Shown one piece after another: positions 48,183 through 60,555 of a DNA stretch of 64,000 bases; the stretch's first letter is position 1, and each line of letters begins with the position of its first letter. The notes under the pieces are model-generated. The model did not search any database. It was not told where the DNA came from and saw only the letters and a list, made by a program, of their open reading frames with translations. The stretch lies in NCBI GenBank assembly GCA_027324255.1, contig DAHVTI010000320.1, positions 1,409 through 65,408 on the forward strand. The letters run 5' to 3'. Position numbers and translations under genes: made by a program. Source of the stretch: Bryobacterales bacterium (lineage in GTDB: Bacteria; Acidobacteriota; Terriglobia; Bryobacterales; Bryobacteraceae).

Positions 48183-48713
48183 TCAGTAAAAGAGGTATTT
48201 CTTCCACTGTTCGTCGCTGCGTCCGAGCAGTCTCATCAGGTGCCGCCCCGTGTGCAGGTTGTAAGGCCGCGGCGCGTGCAGCAGTTTCATGCCGGCTTCG
48301 TCCGGCGTGCGGTTGCCCTTGCGGTTGTTGCAGGCGTGGCAGCAGGCGACCAGGTTCTCCCAACTCGTGTCTCCGCCGCGCGAGCGCGGAATCACGTGGT
48401 CCAGGGTGAGGTCGGCCGAATTGAAGACTTTGTGGCAGTACTGGCAGGTGAAGCGGTCCCGCATCAGGATATTCTTGCGCGACAGCGCCCGGCTCTGATG
48501 CGGAATCCGGCGGTACTCCAGCAATCGGATGACGCTCGGCATCGGGAAAGCCGCCCGCTGCGCGTGGAAGTTGCCCTGCGCGTGCTCCTCCGCCATCGCC
48601 ACGCCCTTCAGGATGAGCACGAGGGCGCGGCGCGCGGCACAGATATTCACCGGTTCGTAGCTGGCGTTCAGCACGAGGACGGGCCTGTGCAGGCGTTCGA
48701 GGATCGTGTTCAT
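48183..48713 (-). CDS. HNH endonuclease (McrA-like, HNH_5 type)
   Basis: [47 protein letters not shown]. Confidence 0.92.
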   Translation of the reverse strand: MNTILERLHRPVLVLNASYEPVNICAARRALVLILKGVAMAEEHAQGNFHAQRAAFPMPSVIRLLEYRRIPHQSRALSRKNILMRDRFTCQYCHKVFNSADLTLDHVIPRSRGGDTSWENLVACCHACNNRKGNRTPDEAGMKLLHAPRPYNLHTGRHLMRLLGRSDEQWKKYLFY

Positions 48714-49474
48714 TCGGAAGCTCCTTCGAAAGATTCAACCACCCGGGCCGGCGCGCCGGCTCTCCAATTTCCGTACCGGTCCGCCCGCGCCAGCGTCAGA
48801 ATGCTGACGTGCGCCGCGCCTGCCTTCTTCAGGGCCGCCGCGGCGGCATTGGCGGTAGCTCCCGTCGTGAAGACGTCGTCGAGCAGCAGCAGGTTCAGGC
48901 CTTGCACCCTGGCGCCGCCCCGCGCCGCAAAGGCCCCCCCCACGTTCTTCCGCCGCCGGGCCCGGGTCAGGCCCGCCTGGGCCGGCGTGTGCCGCACCTT
49001 GCGCAGGGCCCGCATCACCGGAACTCCGGTCCGCCGCGAAAGATCCCGCGCCAGCGTCCGCGTGTGATCGAACCCGCGGGCCAGGTACTTGATCCAGTGT
49101 TGAGGGACCGGGACGATCGCGTCGAACCGCTGGTCCCGTGGAAACCCCCGCGACAGCATGCCGCCGAAGTAGGCGGCCAGCGGCCGCACGCGACGGTATT
49201 TGTAGAGGTGGATCAGGTCCCGCAGCGCCCCGTCGTAGTCGCCGCACGAAAAGGTCGAATCGAAAGCCGTCACGCCCGTGGCGCACAACCGGCAGAGCCC
49301 TTCGCTGTTGAGCGGGTGCGCGTTCAGAAACGGAGTCCGGCACTTGAGGCAGAAGTGCTCCGCCTGGAACGGCTGAGCGGCCCGCAGGCAATCCGCGCAA
49401 ACGGGGATGCGGGTGATCCCTTTTAGAACGATGCCACAAACTCTGCAGTTTTCGGGGAGAAGAAGCGCAAGCAG
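48710..49474 (-). CDS. comF: ComF family protein (double zinc ribbon + PRTase); start uncertain, possibly CTG
   Basis: The frame upstream of the track's 49288 continues [13 protein letters not shown]...CADC...CLKC...CRLC; [27 protein letters not shown]. No in-frame ATG/GTG/TTG precedes the zinc ribbon. Confidence 0.8.
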   Translation of the reverse strand: MLALLLPENCRVCGIVLKGITRIPVCADCLRAAQPFQAEHFCLKCRTPFLNAHPLNSEGLCRLCATGVTAFDSTFSCGDYDGALRDLIHLYKYRRVRPLAAYFGGMLSRGFPRDQRFDAIVPVPQHWIKYLARGFDHTRTLARDLSRRTGVPVMRALRKVRHTPAQAGLTRARRRKNVGGAFAARGGARVQGLNLLLLDDVFTTGATANAAAAALKKAGAAHVSILTLARADRYGNWRAGAPARVVESFEGASE

Positions 49475-49631
49475 GCGGGACCCGGCTCGCCAAAGCCAGG
49501 CGAATGGTGCGGACGATGAACGAAGCTCGGGGTGGAAACCGGGGAAGACCCACCTCCAAGTCCAATCTTACCATGGAACATCGCGCCCGAGGATTGTTCC
49601 GGACCCCAACCGTGCTTCACTGGAATGAGGC

Positions 49632-51408
<1,777 letters not shown>

Positions 51409-51416
<8 letters not shown>

Positions 51417-52035
51417 ACTGCGCCCGGAACTTCTCGAACTCCTCGCGCAGCGTCCGCAACTCCGACTCCAGTTGCTCCACGCGCGCGGCCAGCGGCGCGG
51501 CGTGGGCCACCGCCGGTTCCTCGGCCGCCATCGGCGGTTCCCCGCTCAGCAGGTGAGCCCAGCGCGGCTCCTTCATGCCCGGCACGCGCTCCAGTTGCCG
51601 CACCAGCGGCTCCGGCTCTCGTGCGGCCAACCGGGCCAGGGTGTGCAGCAGCGCTTCGATGTCTTCGAAGCCGTGCAGCCTGTCCGTGCGCTGTCTCATC
51701 TCGCCGGGGGTCTGCGGCCCGCGCAGCAGGAGCACGGTCACCAATGCCTGCTCGCCCCGCGTGAAGTTGAAGCGCTCGCTCAAGAGGTGCCGGTACTTCT
51801 CCACGCGGCTGCCCGCTTCGCTCACGAACGCCGCCAGCCCGCGGTCCCGCAGCGAGGCCACTGCTTCCCTCACTGTCACCTCGTCGAAGCTCACCACGGG
51901 TTCGCGATTCGACTTCTGATTGCAGGCGTTGGTCAATGCGTTGAGCGACAGCGGGTAGTACTCCGGCGTCGCCATGTCTTTTTCCGCCAGGCAGCCGAGC
52001 ACCCTGGCTTCAATCGGGTCTAGGTCGAAGGCCAC
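51409..52035 (-). CDS. yceH: YceH/DUF480 family protein
   Basis: EARVLGCLAEK...TPEYYPLSLNALTNACNQKSNREPV, LLLRGPQTPGE. Confidence 0.9.
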
Positions 52036-52101
52036 ATTCGCAGCATGACACCCCGCGCTGGACGCGACAAGCTGCAGCCCAGCAATAGAAGTGGAACATT
52101 C

Positions 52102-52494
52102 ATGAAGTCTCTCCTCCGGGCCGCGGTCTTGCCGGCTTCCCTCCGGGTCACTTCCGACTCGAGCCCGGCTGAGCCCTCCAACTGCACACCCGCGTCGGCC
52201 CCATCCTGATGGGGGAAGCCGCTCACCGTTTCACCACGCTGGCCGGCTACTGCCGCATGAAGCAGAGCACGCCAATGCAACGACTGCTGGCGCTGGCGCA
52301 GCCGGAGCATGTTCAACAAGACCACCCCCACCGGAATGCCCTGTGCCAGCGCGGACGTCCTCCGTCAGCAGGGCGTCTTCCCGGTCGGCGCCGGCTATGA
52401 ATCCCGCGACGCGCCCCGAGGGCCCGGCTCACACATCATGGCCACGCTCTTCCAGTGGACCGCCCACCGCCACATGCCGCCGCACGTCGATTAG
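52102..52494 (+). pseudogene. Possible fragmented gene remnant of unknown family
   Basis: Signal-like MKSLLRAAVL, then protein-like stretches in two other frames (LHTRVGPILMGEAAHRFTTLAGY; MFNKTTPTG...GSHIMATLFQWT); no single long ORF. Confidence 0.3.
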
Positions 52495-53321
52495 GGCAAC
52501 TGAAAAACCGCCGCCACCGGAAGGTGGTCCGAAGGGTAACGGCCTTCGCGCTGAAAGGTGATCGCCTCCACCCGCTCCACTTTCCAGGGCGCCCGGTACA
52601 GAATCCAGTCGATGCGCGCTTTTCCCACGGTTCCCCGGAAGCCGTGGAACGTGCCTTCCGGTCCCAGTTTTTCAGTCGCCTCCTGCCGCGCGTCCTTCAT
52701 CAGCGACGCCAGAATGGCGTAAGTCGGGCCTCCTGCAGGCGCGTTGAAATCACCGGTCAGCACAACCGGCAGGTTCTCATCCTGCAGCCCGATCCGGCAG
52801 GCCAGCAGTTTCGCGCTCTTCTGCCTCGCTGGCTCGTCCACATCCCGGTGCGCCAGGTGCGTATTGATGAAGAGGAACTTCGTCCCCGCTCCCCGAATCT
52901 CGAACAGCCCCCACGTCGCCATGCGCGGCAGGCTCATGCCCCAGGCGCTGCTGCCCGGCTTCTCGGGCGTCGGCGAGAGCCAGAAGTCGCCGCTGTCCAG
53001 CAGACGCAGGCGGTCCTTCCGGTAAAAGACGCCCATGTGCTCGTCCTCGTGGTTGCCCCGGCGGCTCACTCCGAGCCAGGCGTAGCCCGGCAGTTTCTCC
53101 ACGATGTACTGCCCCTGCTCGTAGAAGAGTTCCTGCGTGCCCATGACGTCCGGGGCCTGCGCGCGGACCGTTTCCACCAGCAGGTCCCGGCGTTGAGGCC
53201 AGGCATCGGGCCCGTCGCCGGGGTTCGGATACCGGACGTTGAAAGTCATCACGCGCAGGGTTTCGGCGCCCAGGCTCATGGCCGCAATGCCGGTGCAGGC
53301 CAGCAACAGGAAAGGTCGCAT
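52491..53321 (-). CDS. Secreted endonuclease/exonuclease/phosphatase (EEP) family protein
   Basis: LRVMTFNVRY, GTQE, NTHL, TGDFNA, IDWIL, PSDHLPV. Confidence 0.92.
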   Translation of the reverse strand: MRPFLLLACTGIAAMSLGAETLRVMTFNVRYPNPGDGPDAWPQRRDLLVETVRAQAPDVMGTQELFYEQGQYIVEKLPGYAWLGVSRRGNHEDEHMGVFYRKDRLRLLDSGDFWLSPTPEKPGSSAWGMSLPRMATWGLFEIRGAGTKFLFINTHLAHRDVDEPARQKSAKLLACRIGLQDENLPVVLTGDFNAPAGGPTYAILASLMKDARQEATEKLGPEGTFHGFRGTVGKARIDWILYRAPWKVERVEAITFQREGRYPSDHLPVAAVFQLP

Positions 53322-53327
53322 AGCTCC

Positions 53328-53337
53328 GTTATACAAT
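53328..53337. promoter_or_regulatory. Overlapping divergent -10 elements (TACAAT on +, TATAAC on -) in a 23-bp intergenic gap
   Basis: GTTATACAAT lies 7 nt before the + ATG (53345) and 6 nt before the - ATG (53321); no SD on either side. Confidence 0.6.
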
Positions 53338-53344
53338 CGCCAGC

Positions 53345-54619
53345 ATGGGAACGCTGGGCTTGTTCGTGTTGGCGGCCGTGCCTGTTCTCGCTCAGACCGT
53401 CACCCCCGCGGCTGTTGTGCCGCAGATGGAGAAGGCGCTGCGCGATAACATTGTCGCCTTCTGGTATCCCAAGACCCTCGACCGCAAGTATGGCGGCTAC
53501 ACCCTCAACCACGGGCCTTCCGGCGAGTGGAAGGGCGATGCGCCCAAGATGATCGTCACCCAGGCCCGCATGGTGTGGCTCTTCGCGCGTTTGGCCCGCG
53601 CAGGCTACGGCGACCGCGCGCGGATGCTCGAAGCCGCCGGACATGGCTATCGCTTCCTCATGGAAAAGATGTGGGATCCGCGGCACGGCGGCTTCTATTG
53701 GAGCGTCGATGCCGCCGGGCTGAAGACAGAACGGCCTAAGAAGAATATGTACGGCGAGTCTTTCGCCTTGTACGCCCTCAGCGAGTACGCCATGGCCTCC
53801 GGCCGCCAGGATGTCCTGGCCCGTGCCACCGCCCTGTTCGACCTCTTCGAGCGCAAGGCCCACGATAGCGTCTACGGCGGTTACCGCGAGCACTTCAACG
53901 CGGATTGGACCCCCACTCCGCCGGGCGAGCGCGGCTACATGGGCGTCGACAGCCAGGTGAAGCTGATGAACACCCACCTGCACCTGCTGGAGTCGATGAC
54001 CTCGTTCTACCGCGCCTCGAAACTGCCGCTGGCCCGCGAGCGCCTGCTCGAGCTGATCACCATCGAAAGCAACGCGGTCTTTCGCAAGGACGTCGGCTCC
54101 TGCAGCGATCAGTACAAGCTCGACTGGACGCCCATTCTCCAGGGCGGCGGCGCCCGTGCCAGCTATGGGCACGACCTCGAAAACATCTGGCTGCTCGTCG
54201 ATGCGGCGGCCGCCGCCCAGGTTCCGGTCGCGCCCTACCTCGACCTCTTCCGCCACAGCTTCGCCTACTCCATGAAGTATGGCTGGGATTCCAAGGACGG
54301 TGGATTCTGGTACTGGGGACCCTTCAGCCAGCCCGCCGCGGGCCTCACCAAGTCCTGGTGGGTGCAAGCCGAAGCTCTGGTCAGTGCTCTCACGATGTAC
54401 AAGCTTACCGGCGACCCGCAATACTGGGCCGTGTTCGAAAAGACCTGGGCTTTTGTGCAGGGCCACCAGATCGACTGGCAGTCGGGCGAGTGGTGGTCCT
54501 CCGTCGATCCCCTCCTGGCCGGCTCGGGGGACAAAGCAAACGAATGGAAGGCCGGATATCATAATGGCCGGGCGATGATGGAATGCATCGCACTCCTGAA
54601 AGGGCTGAAATCGCAATGA
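53345..54619 (+). CDS. AGE-family epimerase (cellobiose 2-epimerase-like) with signal peptide
   Basis: [56 protein letters not shown]. Confidence 0.88.
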   Translation: MGTLGLFVLAAVPVLAQTVTPAAVVPQMEKALRDNIVAFWYPKTLDRKYGGYTLNHGPSGEWKGDAPKMIVTQARMVWLFARLARAGYGDRARMLEAAGHGYRFLMEKMWDPRHGGFYWSVDAAGLKTERPKKNMYGESFALYALSEYAMASGRQDVLARATALFDLFERKAHDSVYGGYREHFNADWTPTPPGERGYMGVDSQVKLMNTHLHLLESMTSFYRASKLPLARERLLELITIESNAVFRKDVGSCSDQYKLDWTPILQGGGARASYGHDLENIWLLVDAAAAAQVPVAPYLDLFRHSFAYSMKYGWDSKDGGFWYWGPFSQPAAGLTKSWWVQAEALVSALTMYKLTGDPQYWAVFEKTWAFVQGHQIDWQSGEWWSSVDPLLAGSGDKANEWKAGYHNGRAMMECIALLKGLKSQ

Positions 54620-55263
54620 CCACGAGACGAGAATGGATGATCCTGCTGGCCGCTGCGCCGCTGGCGCGCGGGCAGAACGAGGCGGGCTTTGTGCCGTTGT
54701 TCGATGGCAAGTCCTTGAAAGGCTGGACCCTGGTCCACGGCCGGGGACCCGGTTACATCGTCGAGGACGGCTCCATCGTTTGCCCGGTGCAAGGCGGCGG
54801 GAACCTGTTCACTGAGAAGGAATACTCGAACTTCGTCCTTCGGCTGGAGTGGAGATTGTCCGAGGGCGGCAACAACGGCATCGGCATTCGCGCTCCTCTC
54901 GAAGGCGACGCCGCCTATGCCGGCATGGAAATCCAGGTCCTCGACGACGAGGCCGATGTGTACCAGAAGATGAAGTTGAAGCCCACCCAGTATACGGGCT
55001 CCGTCTACGACGTGTTCCCCGCCCGCCGCGGCTTCGTGCGCCGGAACGGGGCCTGGAATGAGGAGGAGATTCGCGCGGAGGGCCGCCGCATCAAGGTCAC
55101 GCTGAACGGCCACGTGGTGACCGACGTCAACCTGGACGACGCCAAGGATCCCGCCGTGCTCAAGAAGCATCCGGGCCTGGCTCGCTCGGCCGGCCACATC
55201 GGCTTTCTCGGCCACGGCACCCGAGTTGAATTTCGCAACATCAGGGTCAGGGAACTGAAGTGA
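54616..55263 (+). CDS. DUF1080 (3-keto-disaccharide hydrolase-like) protein, Tat-like signal
   Basis: MTTRREW; [45 protein letters not shown]; ATGA overlap with the AGE gene. Confidence 0.88.
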   Translation: MTTRREWMILLAAAPLARGQNEAGFVPLFDGKSLKGWTLVHGRGPGYIVEDGSIVCPVQGGGNLFTEKEYSNFVLRLEWRLSEGGNNGIGIRAPLEGDAAYAGMEIQVLDDEADVYQKMKLKPTQYTGSVYDVFPARRGFVRRNGAWNEEEIRAEGRRIKVTLNGHVVTDVNLDDAKDPAVLKKHPGLARSAGHIGFLGHGTRVEFRNIRVRELK

Positions 55264-55324
55264 GGCCTCGAACCCCGGAGGTTTCCATCTGAGTATCCAG
55301 ATAGCGTGGAGCGCGGCAGGCTTT

Positions 55325-58165
55325 TTGGCAGGCGCTGTGCTTGCCTGGCTGCTCCTGCGCCGGCCGGCCCAGGCCGTTCGAGACCCGGCCTCCAGTCTCA
55401 GCCCCGAATTGGAGCGCCTCCTCGACGCGCTTCCTGCCTCCTTGTTTGTCGTGAACGCGCGCGGCAAAGTGGTCTTCCTCAGCCGGGGCCTGCGCGCAAA
55501 GCTGGGCGAGCGCGCCTCCGCGGTGCTCGGCAGGCGCGCCGAAGACCTTTTTCCGGCGGACGTCGCGATGATGTCCGAAAGAGACGACCGGGCTCTGCTC
55601 GCAGGAGAGTTACCGCGGGCCGACCTCGAGATCTCCACTCGGGACATCCTTCCAGGGGGCGGCGAAGGTACCGTCGTGGTTTCAAAAGCCGCTCTGGAAT
55701 TACCTCCGTGGGGGCCCGTCGTGGTGGGGGTGGTCCGCGACGTCACTGGCCAGCGCCAGACCGAGGTCGCACTTGCGCGGGAGCGTGATTTCATCCGGGT
55801 TGTCCTCGACACTTCCACCGCCCTCATCGCCGTCCTGGACCCTCAAGGCCGCCTCGTCCGCTGGAACCAGGCCTGCCAAAGGCTCACGGGCTATCATGAG
55901 TCCGAACTCCGTGGCGCGACATTGAGCAGCCGCCTCGTCGCTCCGGCGCGGGTGCACACCCTGAAGTCCGATCTTGCCCGGTTCCTGGCCGGCGAGACCC
56001 TGAACCCGCTCGAAGTCGAGATCCTCTCCAAGGGCGGCGCGCCTGTCCACCTTTCCCTTACTGCCAGCCTCCTGCGGGCGGAAGATGGCGAGCTCGAGTT
56101 CGTCGTCCTGACCGCCGAGAACCGCACCCGGCAGGTGCTGGCCGAGCAGAAGCAGCGGCAATCCGCCATGGAATTGCAGACCGTCTGGCGCAACGCCGCC
56201 GATGCCATGGCCTTCGTCGATGAGAGTGGATTCCTGCTCGACGTCAACCCCTCCTTCTGCCAGCTCGTCGGGCTCCCTGTCGAGCAGTTGGTCGGCAAGC
56301 GGTTCACCGCCGCTCTTTCCGAGTGGCCCGGGCATGAGCAGGCCGAAGTGGCCCGCTTCCTGGACGAATTTGGGCGGCGCACCGTGGAGCCACGGCTCGT
56401 CCGCGAATACGGCCTTCCCGACGGCCGCCGCGTTTGGCTTGAAATCACGAACTCGTTTGTCGAACGGACCGGGCGTACGCCGGCGCTCCTCATGCTCATC
56501 CGCAACATCACCAACCGGGTCCGGGTGGAGCAGGAGTTGCGGGCCGCCAACGAGTTTCTGGAAACTACGACGCAATGGGCCCGGGAAATGGCCGCCAGTG
56601 CCGAAATGGCCAGCGCCGCGAAGAGCGCGTTCCTGGCCAACGTCAGCCACGAGATCCGGACCCCGATGAATGGCATCCTCGGCATGACGGAGCTGGCCCT
56701 GCTCACGGAACTCAAGCCCGATCAGCGCGAGTACATCGAAATCGTCCACCAGTCCGCCGAAGCGCTGCTCGGCCTCGTCGACGACCTCCTGGACTTGTCC
56801 AAAGTCGAGTCCGGCCGGATGGAACTCATCCCGGAGCCATTTCCGCTGCGGCAGCAGATCAACCGCCTGATGCGGCCTCTTCTCTATCGCGGCGCCGCGC
56901 GTGGGCTGAAGGTCGAATGGACCGTCTCGCCCGAGGTGCCCGAAACCGTTGTCGCCGACGCGGGGCGCCTCCGCCAGGTACTCATCAACCTGGTGGGCAA
57001 TGCCATCAAGTTCACCGATTCCGGCTCCGTGTCGCTCTCCGTGGACTGCCTGGACCGGCAGGCCGAATCGGCACTGCTCCGTTTCCTCGTTCGCGACTCG
57101 GGCATCGGCATGGCCCCCGACAATCTCATCTCCATCTTCGAGCCGTTCACCCAGTTGGACGCGTCGAGCACCCGCAAGCGGGGCGGCACCGGGCTGGGCC
57201 TGCCCATCTCATCCAAGCTGGTCGACCTGATGCAAGGCCGCCTGCTGGTCTCCAGCCAGCCCGGCTCCGGTTCGGCGTTCTCTTTCGCCGTCCCCATGCC
57301 GATCGCATCTTCCTCCGACGCCATCGAGGCGTCCAGGGACGCGGCCGCTCCGTCCGTCATCGCCCGCCCGCTCAGGATCCTGGTTGCCGAAGACAATCCG
57401 ATCAATCAGAAGCTCGTCCTCAGCATGCTCGAACGCGCCGGCTACCTCGCCACGCTGGTTTCCAGTGGGGAGCGCGCAGTCCAGGAGGTTGTGCACGGCG
57501 ACTACGATGCCGTGCTGATGGATGTTCAGATGCCGGGCCTCGACGGCATCGAGGCCACTCTCGCCATCCGCCGCGCCGAAGTGGGCACCTCGCGCCAGGT
57601 TCCCATCATCGCCATGACCGCTCATGCCATGCCCGGGGATATGGAGAACTGCCTGGCCGCCGGCATGGACGACTATCTCAGCAAACCCATCCGGCTCGAA
57701 TCTCTGATTCGGAAAATCGAGGACCTCGCCGCCCCCACCGACGCACAGCCGCCTGCCCAGGCCGGCGGCGACGCGCCCGCGGCCCCACTCGAGCCCGTCT
57801 CTCATTCCACTGCGAACCCTCCTCTCATGCACCATCTGGACCATGCTCAAGCCCTCTCCCGCGTCGGCAACGACGTGGCTCTTCTCGCCGAGCTCTCCGG
57901 CCTCTTCCTGGATGAGTACCCGCGCCTGTTTCAGTCCATCCACGCTGGCATCGAAAGCGGAGACTCAGCCGCCGTGCTGGGCGCCGCCCACCAGCTCAAG
58001 GGGTTGCTCGCCCAGTTCTGCGCCGGCGCCGCGCGCGAGTCCGCCTGGCAGGTGGAGCTGGCCACCAAGGAAGGCGATCTCGCCCGCGCCGCCCGGGCCG
58101 CGGCCGGCCTCTCCGCCCAGTTGGATCTGCTTCGCCCCGAACTCGAGGCTCTCGCCTCGGCCTGA
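55325..58165 (+). CDS. Hybrid sensor histidine kinase (TM, 3 PAS, HisKA, HATPase, REC, Hpt)
   Basis: FLANVSHEIRTPMNGILG, NLVGNAIKFT, DSGIG, GGTGLGL, ILVAEDN...MDVQMP, AHQLKG; start uncertain. Confidence 0.9.
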   Translation: MAGAVLAWLLLRRPAQAVRDPASSLSPELERLLDALPASLFVVNARGKVVFLSRGLRAKLGERASAVLGRRAEDLFPADVAMMSERDDRALLAGELPRADLEISTRDILPGGGEGTVVVSKAALELPPWGPVVVGVVRDVTGQRQTEVALARERDFIRVVLDTSTALIAVLDPQGRLVRWNQACQRLTGYHESELRGATLSSRLVAPARVHTLKSDLARFLAGETLNPLEVEILSKGGAPVHLSLTASLLRAEDGELEFVVLTAENRTRQVLAEQKQRQSAMELQTVWRNAADAMAFVDESGFLLDVNPSFCQLVGLPVEQLVGKRFTAALSEWPGHEQAEVARFLDEFGRRTVEPRLVREYGLPDGRRVWLEITNSFVERTGRTPALLMLIRNITNRVRVEQELRAANEFLETTTQWAREMAASAEMASAAKSAFLANVSHEIRTPMNGILGMTELALLTELKPDQREYIEIVHQSAEALLGLVDDLLDLSKVESGRMELIPEPFPLRQQINRLMRPLLYRGAARGLKVEWTVSPEVPETVVADAGRLRQVLINLVGNAIKFTDSGSVSLSVDCLDRQAESALLRFLVRDSGIGMAPDNLISIFEPFTQLDASSTRKRGGTGLGLPISSKLVDLMQGRLLVSSQPGSGSAFSFAVPMPIASSSDAIEASRDAAAPSVIARPLRILVAEDNPINQKLVLSMLERAGYLATLVSSGERAVQEVVHGDYDAVLMDVQMPGLDGIEATLAIRRAEVGTSRQVPIIAMTAHAMPGDMENCLAAGMDDYLSKPIRLESLIRKIEDLAAPTDAQPPAQAGGDAPAAPLEPVSHSTANPPLMHHLDHAQALSRVGNDVALLAELSGLFLDEYPRLFQSIHAGIESGDSAAVLGAAHQLKGLLAQFCAGAARESAWQVELATKEGDLARAARAAAGLSAQLDLLRPELEALASA

Positions 58166-58212
58166 GCCAACCGGCCGGCTGCCCCGCTTTGCTATATTGA
58201 AACTTCTCCCCT

Positions 58213-59058
58213 ATGCACCCAGATTCCCCAATGGAGATCGTTTGCGCCCATAGCCCGGACTCCGACGACGCCTTCATGTTTTACGCCCTGGCCACCCGTA
58301 AGGTCCGCTCCCGGCTGGTCCAGTTCAAGCATGTCCTCGACGACATCGAGTCCCTCAACCGCAAGGCCATGGCCGGCGAGTATGAGTTCACCGCCATCTC
58401 CTACCATGCCTACCCTTATGTGGCGGACAAGTACATGCTCCTGGCCAGCGGCTCTTCCATCGGCGACAACTACGGCCCGATGCTCGTCTCCCCTTCCCCG
58501 ATGTCTCTCGACGAGATCAAGGGGAAACGCATTGCCGTTCCCGGCAAGATGACCACGGCCTACCTCACCCTGAAGATCATGGAGCCGGATTTCCAGCCGG
58601 TCATTGTTCCCTTCGACAAGGTGCTCGATGCCGTCAAGGAAAGCGCCGCCGACGTCGCCCTGGTCATCCACGAGGCTCAGTTGACCTTCTCCAAGGGCGG
58701 TTACCACCAGATCGTAGACCTCGGCAAGTGGTTCAAGGCCGCCCACGGCCTGCCGCTCCCCCTCGGCGCCAACGCTCTCCTGCGCAAGCTGCCGGACGAT
58801 GTCCGCACCGAATGCTGCCGCCTCATGCGCGAAAGCATCAACTACGCCCTCGACAATCACGAGGAAGCCCTCAACTACGCCATGCAGTTCGCCCGCGACA
58901 TGGAGCCCGCGCTCGCTGAAAAGTTCGTGGGCATGTACGTCAACCATTACACCGTCGATGCCGGCGAGGTGATTCCCAAGGCTGCCCAGAAACTGCTCGA
59001 TCTCGGGTTCGAAGCGGGCATTATCCCGCATAAGGTCCAGGTCGAGTTCGTGCGTTAG
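58213..59058 (+). CDS. mqnD: 1,4-dihydroxy-6-naphthoate synthase (futalosine pathway)
   Basis: AHSPDSDDAFMFYA, DIESLN, AVPGKMTTAYL, IHEAQLT, LPLPLG, GMYVN; start may be 58228. Confidence 0.85.
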   Translation: MHPDSPMEIVCAHSPDSDDAFMFYALATRKVRSRLVQFKHVLDDIESLNRKAMAGEYEFTAISYHAYPYVADKYMLLASGSSIGDNYGPMLVSPSPMSLDEIKGKRIAVPGKMTTAYLTLKIMEPDFQPVIVPFDKVLDAVKESAADVALVIHEAQLTFSKGGYHQIVDLGKWFKAAHGLPLPLGANALLRKLPDDVRTECCRLMRESINYALDNHEEALNYAMQFARDMEPALAEKFVGMYVNHYTVDAGEVIPKAAQKLLDLGFEAGIIPHKVQVEFVR

Positions 59059-59082
59059 CCGTACGCCGCTTTCGGCCAAACA

Positions 59083-60387
59083 ATGAACTTCAAGCTCTCC
59101 CCGTTCTTTTCTGCCGCGCTTTGCGCGCTGCTCATCGCCGCTTCCGCCGCCTGGGGGCAGAACGAGTCGAAACAGAAAATCCGGGGCCTCCGCGATTACG
59201 CCAAGGAAGGCTCGCCGGCCATCGGCAAAGTGGCGCCGTATCTCCAGGACCCCGATCCCGAGGTGCGCCGCGAGGCCGTCCGCGCGCTGGTGGACATCGG
59301 GACCCAGCGCAGCCTGGAACCCCTCACCGCCGCCTGCCGCGACAACGACCCCGAAGTGCAGATCCGCGCCGCCGACGGCCTGGTGAATTTCTACCTCCCC
59401 GGCTACGTCGAGCACGGCATCTCCGCCTCCCTCAAGCGCGCCGGCAACGCCGTGGTCGGACGCTGGAAGGATTCGGCCAACGAGGATGTCGTCGAGCCTG
59501 ATACCCCCCTGCGGGCCGAAATCGTCGAAGCCCTGTCCGCCCTCGTGCAAAGCGGGTCCTCCATGGACTCCCGCGCCAACGCCGCCCGTGCCCTGGGCAT
59601 CCTTCGCGCCCGCCACGGCCTTCCAGTGCTGCTCGACGCTCTCAAATCCAAGGACAGCCGCCTCATGTTCGAGGCCCTCATCGCTCTCCAGAAGATCCGC
59701 GACCGCTCCGCGGGCGACCGCGTCGCCTTCCTCGTTCGCGACCTCGACGAGAAGGTCCAACTGGCCGCCATCGAGACGGCCGGCATCCTGACCTCCAGGG
59801 AAGCCGTGCCCCAGTTGATGCGTGTCCTTGAGGATCCCAGGAACAAGCAAGTCCGTCGTGCCGCTGTCACCGCTCTCGCCCGAATTGCCGATCCGGACAG
59901 CCGCCAGGCCCTGCTGCCCCTCGCCGAAGACAGGGACGACGAAGTCCGCGCATCGGCGTTGGAAGGCCTCGGCCGCCTCGGCAGTCCCCAGGATCGCGCC
60001 CTCCTCGACAAAGTCTGGGCCTCGGGCCAGAAGACTATCGTCCGTCTCGCCACCGCCTTCGCCCTGGTCCATGCCGGCAATCTCGACCCGGGCGGCTTCA
60101 GCCCGCTGGGTTACCTCGTCAACAACCTGAACCAGCGCGCCTGGCGGGGAGTAGCGCAGCCCTACCTCGCCGAACTGGCCCGGCAGAAAGACCAGCGTCA
60201 GGCGCTGATTCGCGCTTTGGGTACTGCCTCGACCCCCGACGAGAAAATCGGCTTGGCCCAGGCGCTGGCCGGCTCAGGCGGCGCCGACGCTATTGAGCCG
60301 CTCGACCAGTTGTCCAAGGACCCCGACCCCGCCGTGGCCCGGGAAGCGCTTCGCGCCCTCCGCATCCTCCGCGGCGCCGTCCGCTAA
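59083..60387 (+). CDS. Secreted HEAT-repeat protein
   Basis: Signal peptide; repeated D.D.EVR..A..AL units. Confidence 0.85.
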   Translation: MNFKLSPFFSAALCALLIAASAAWGQNESKQKIRGLRDYAKEGSPAIGKVAPYLQDPDPEVRREAVRALVDIGTQRSLEPLTAACRDNDPEVQIRAADGLVNFYLPGYVEHGISASLKRAGNAVVGRWKDSANEDVVEPDTPLRAEIVEALSALVQSGSSMDSRANAARALGILRARHGLPVLLDALKSKDSRLMFEALIALQKIRDRSAGDRVAFLVRDLDEKVQLAAIETAGILTSREAVPQLMRVLEDPRNKQVRRAAVTALARIADPDSRQALLPLAEDRDDEVRASALEGLGRLGSPQDRALLDKVWASGQKTIVRLATAFALVHAGNLDPGGFSPLGYLVNNLNQRAWRGVAQPYLAELARQKDQRQALIRALGTASTPDEKIGLAQALAGSGGADAIEPLDQLSKDPDPAVAREALRALRILRGAVR

Positions 60388-60501
60388 CCGCAACAAGGAC
60401 CTGCCTCGGCGCGAACACTCGGTCGACCCGCTATCCAAGGCCCTCGCCCTGCCGAAGCCCGGCAAACTCTCCGCGCCCTCTGCCTCGCCCCCGCTAAGCG
60501 C

Positions 60502-60530
60502 AAAAAGGGCAGGCCCGCGGGCCTGCCCCT
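60502..60530 (-). terminator. Rho-independent terminator after the 68-aa gene
   Basis: GGGCAGGCC-CGCG-GGCCTGCCC followed on the minus strand by TTTTT. Confidence 0.75.
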
Positions 60531-60555
60531 TCGCGAACTTGGTTCAATGCGAGAG

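Noticed and set aside
48183-48713. HNH as a defence system or homing endonuclease
   Set aside because: Common stand-alone McrA-like family with host-like codons; no methylase, intron or other defence genes nearby.
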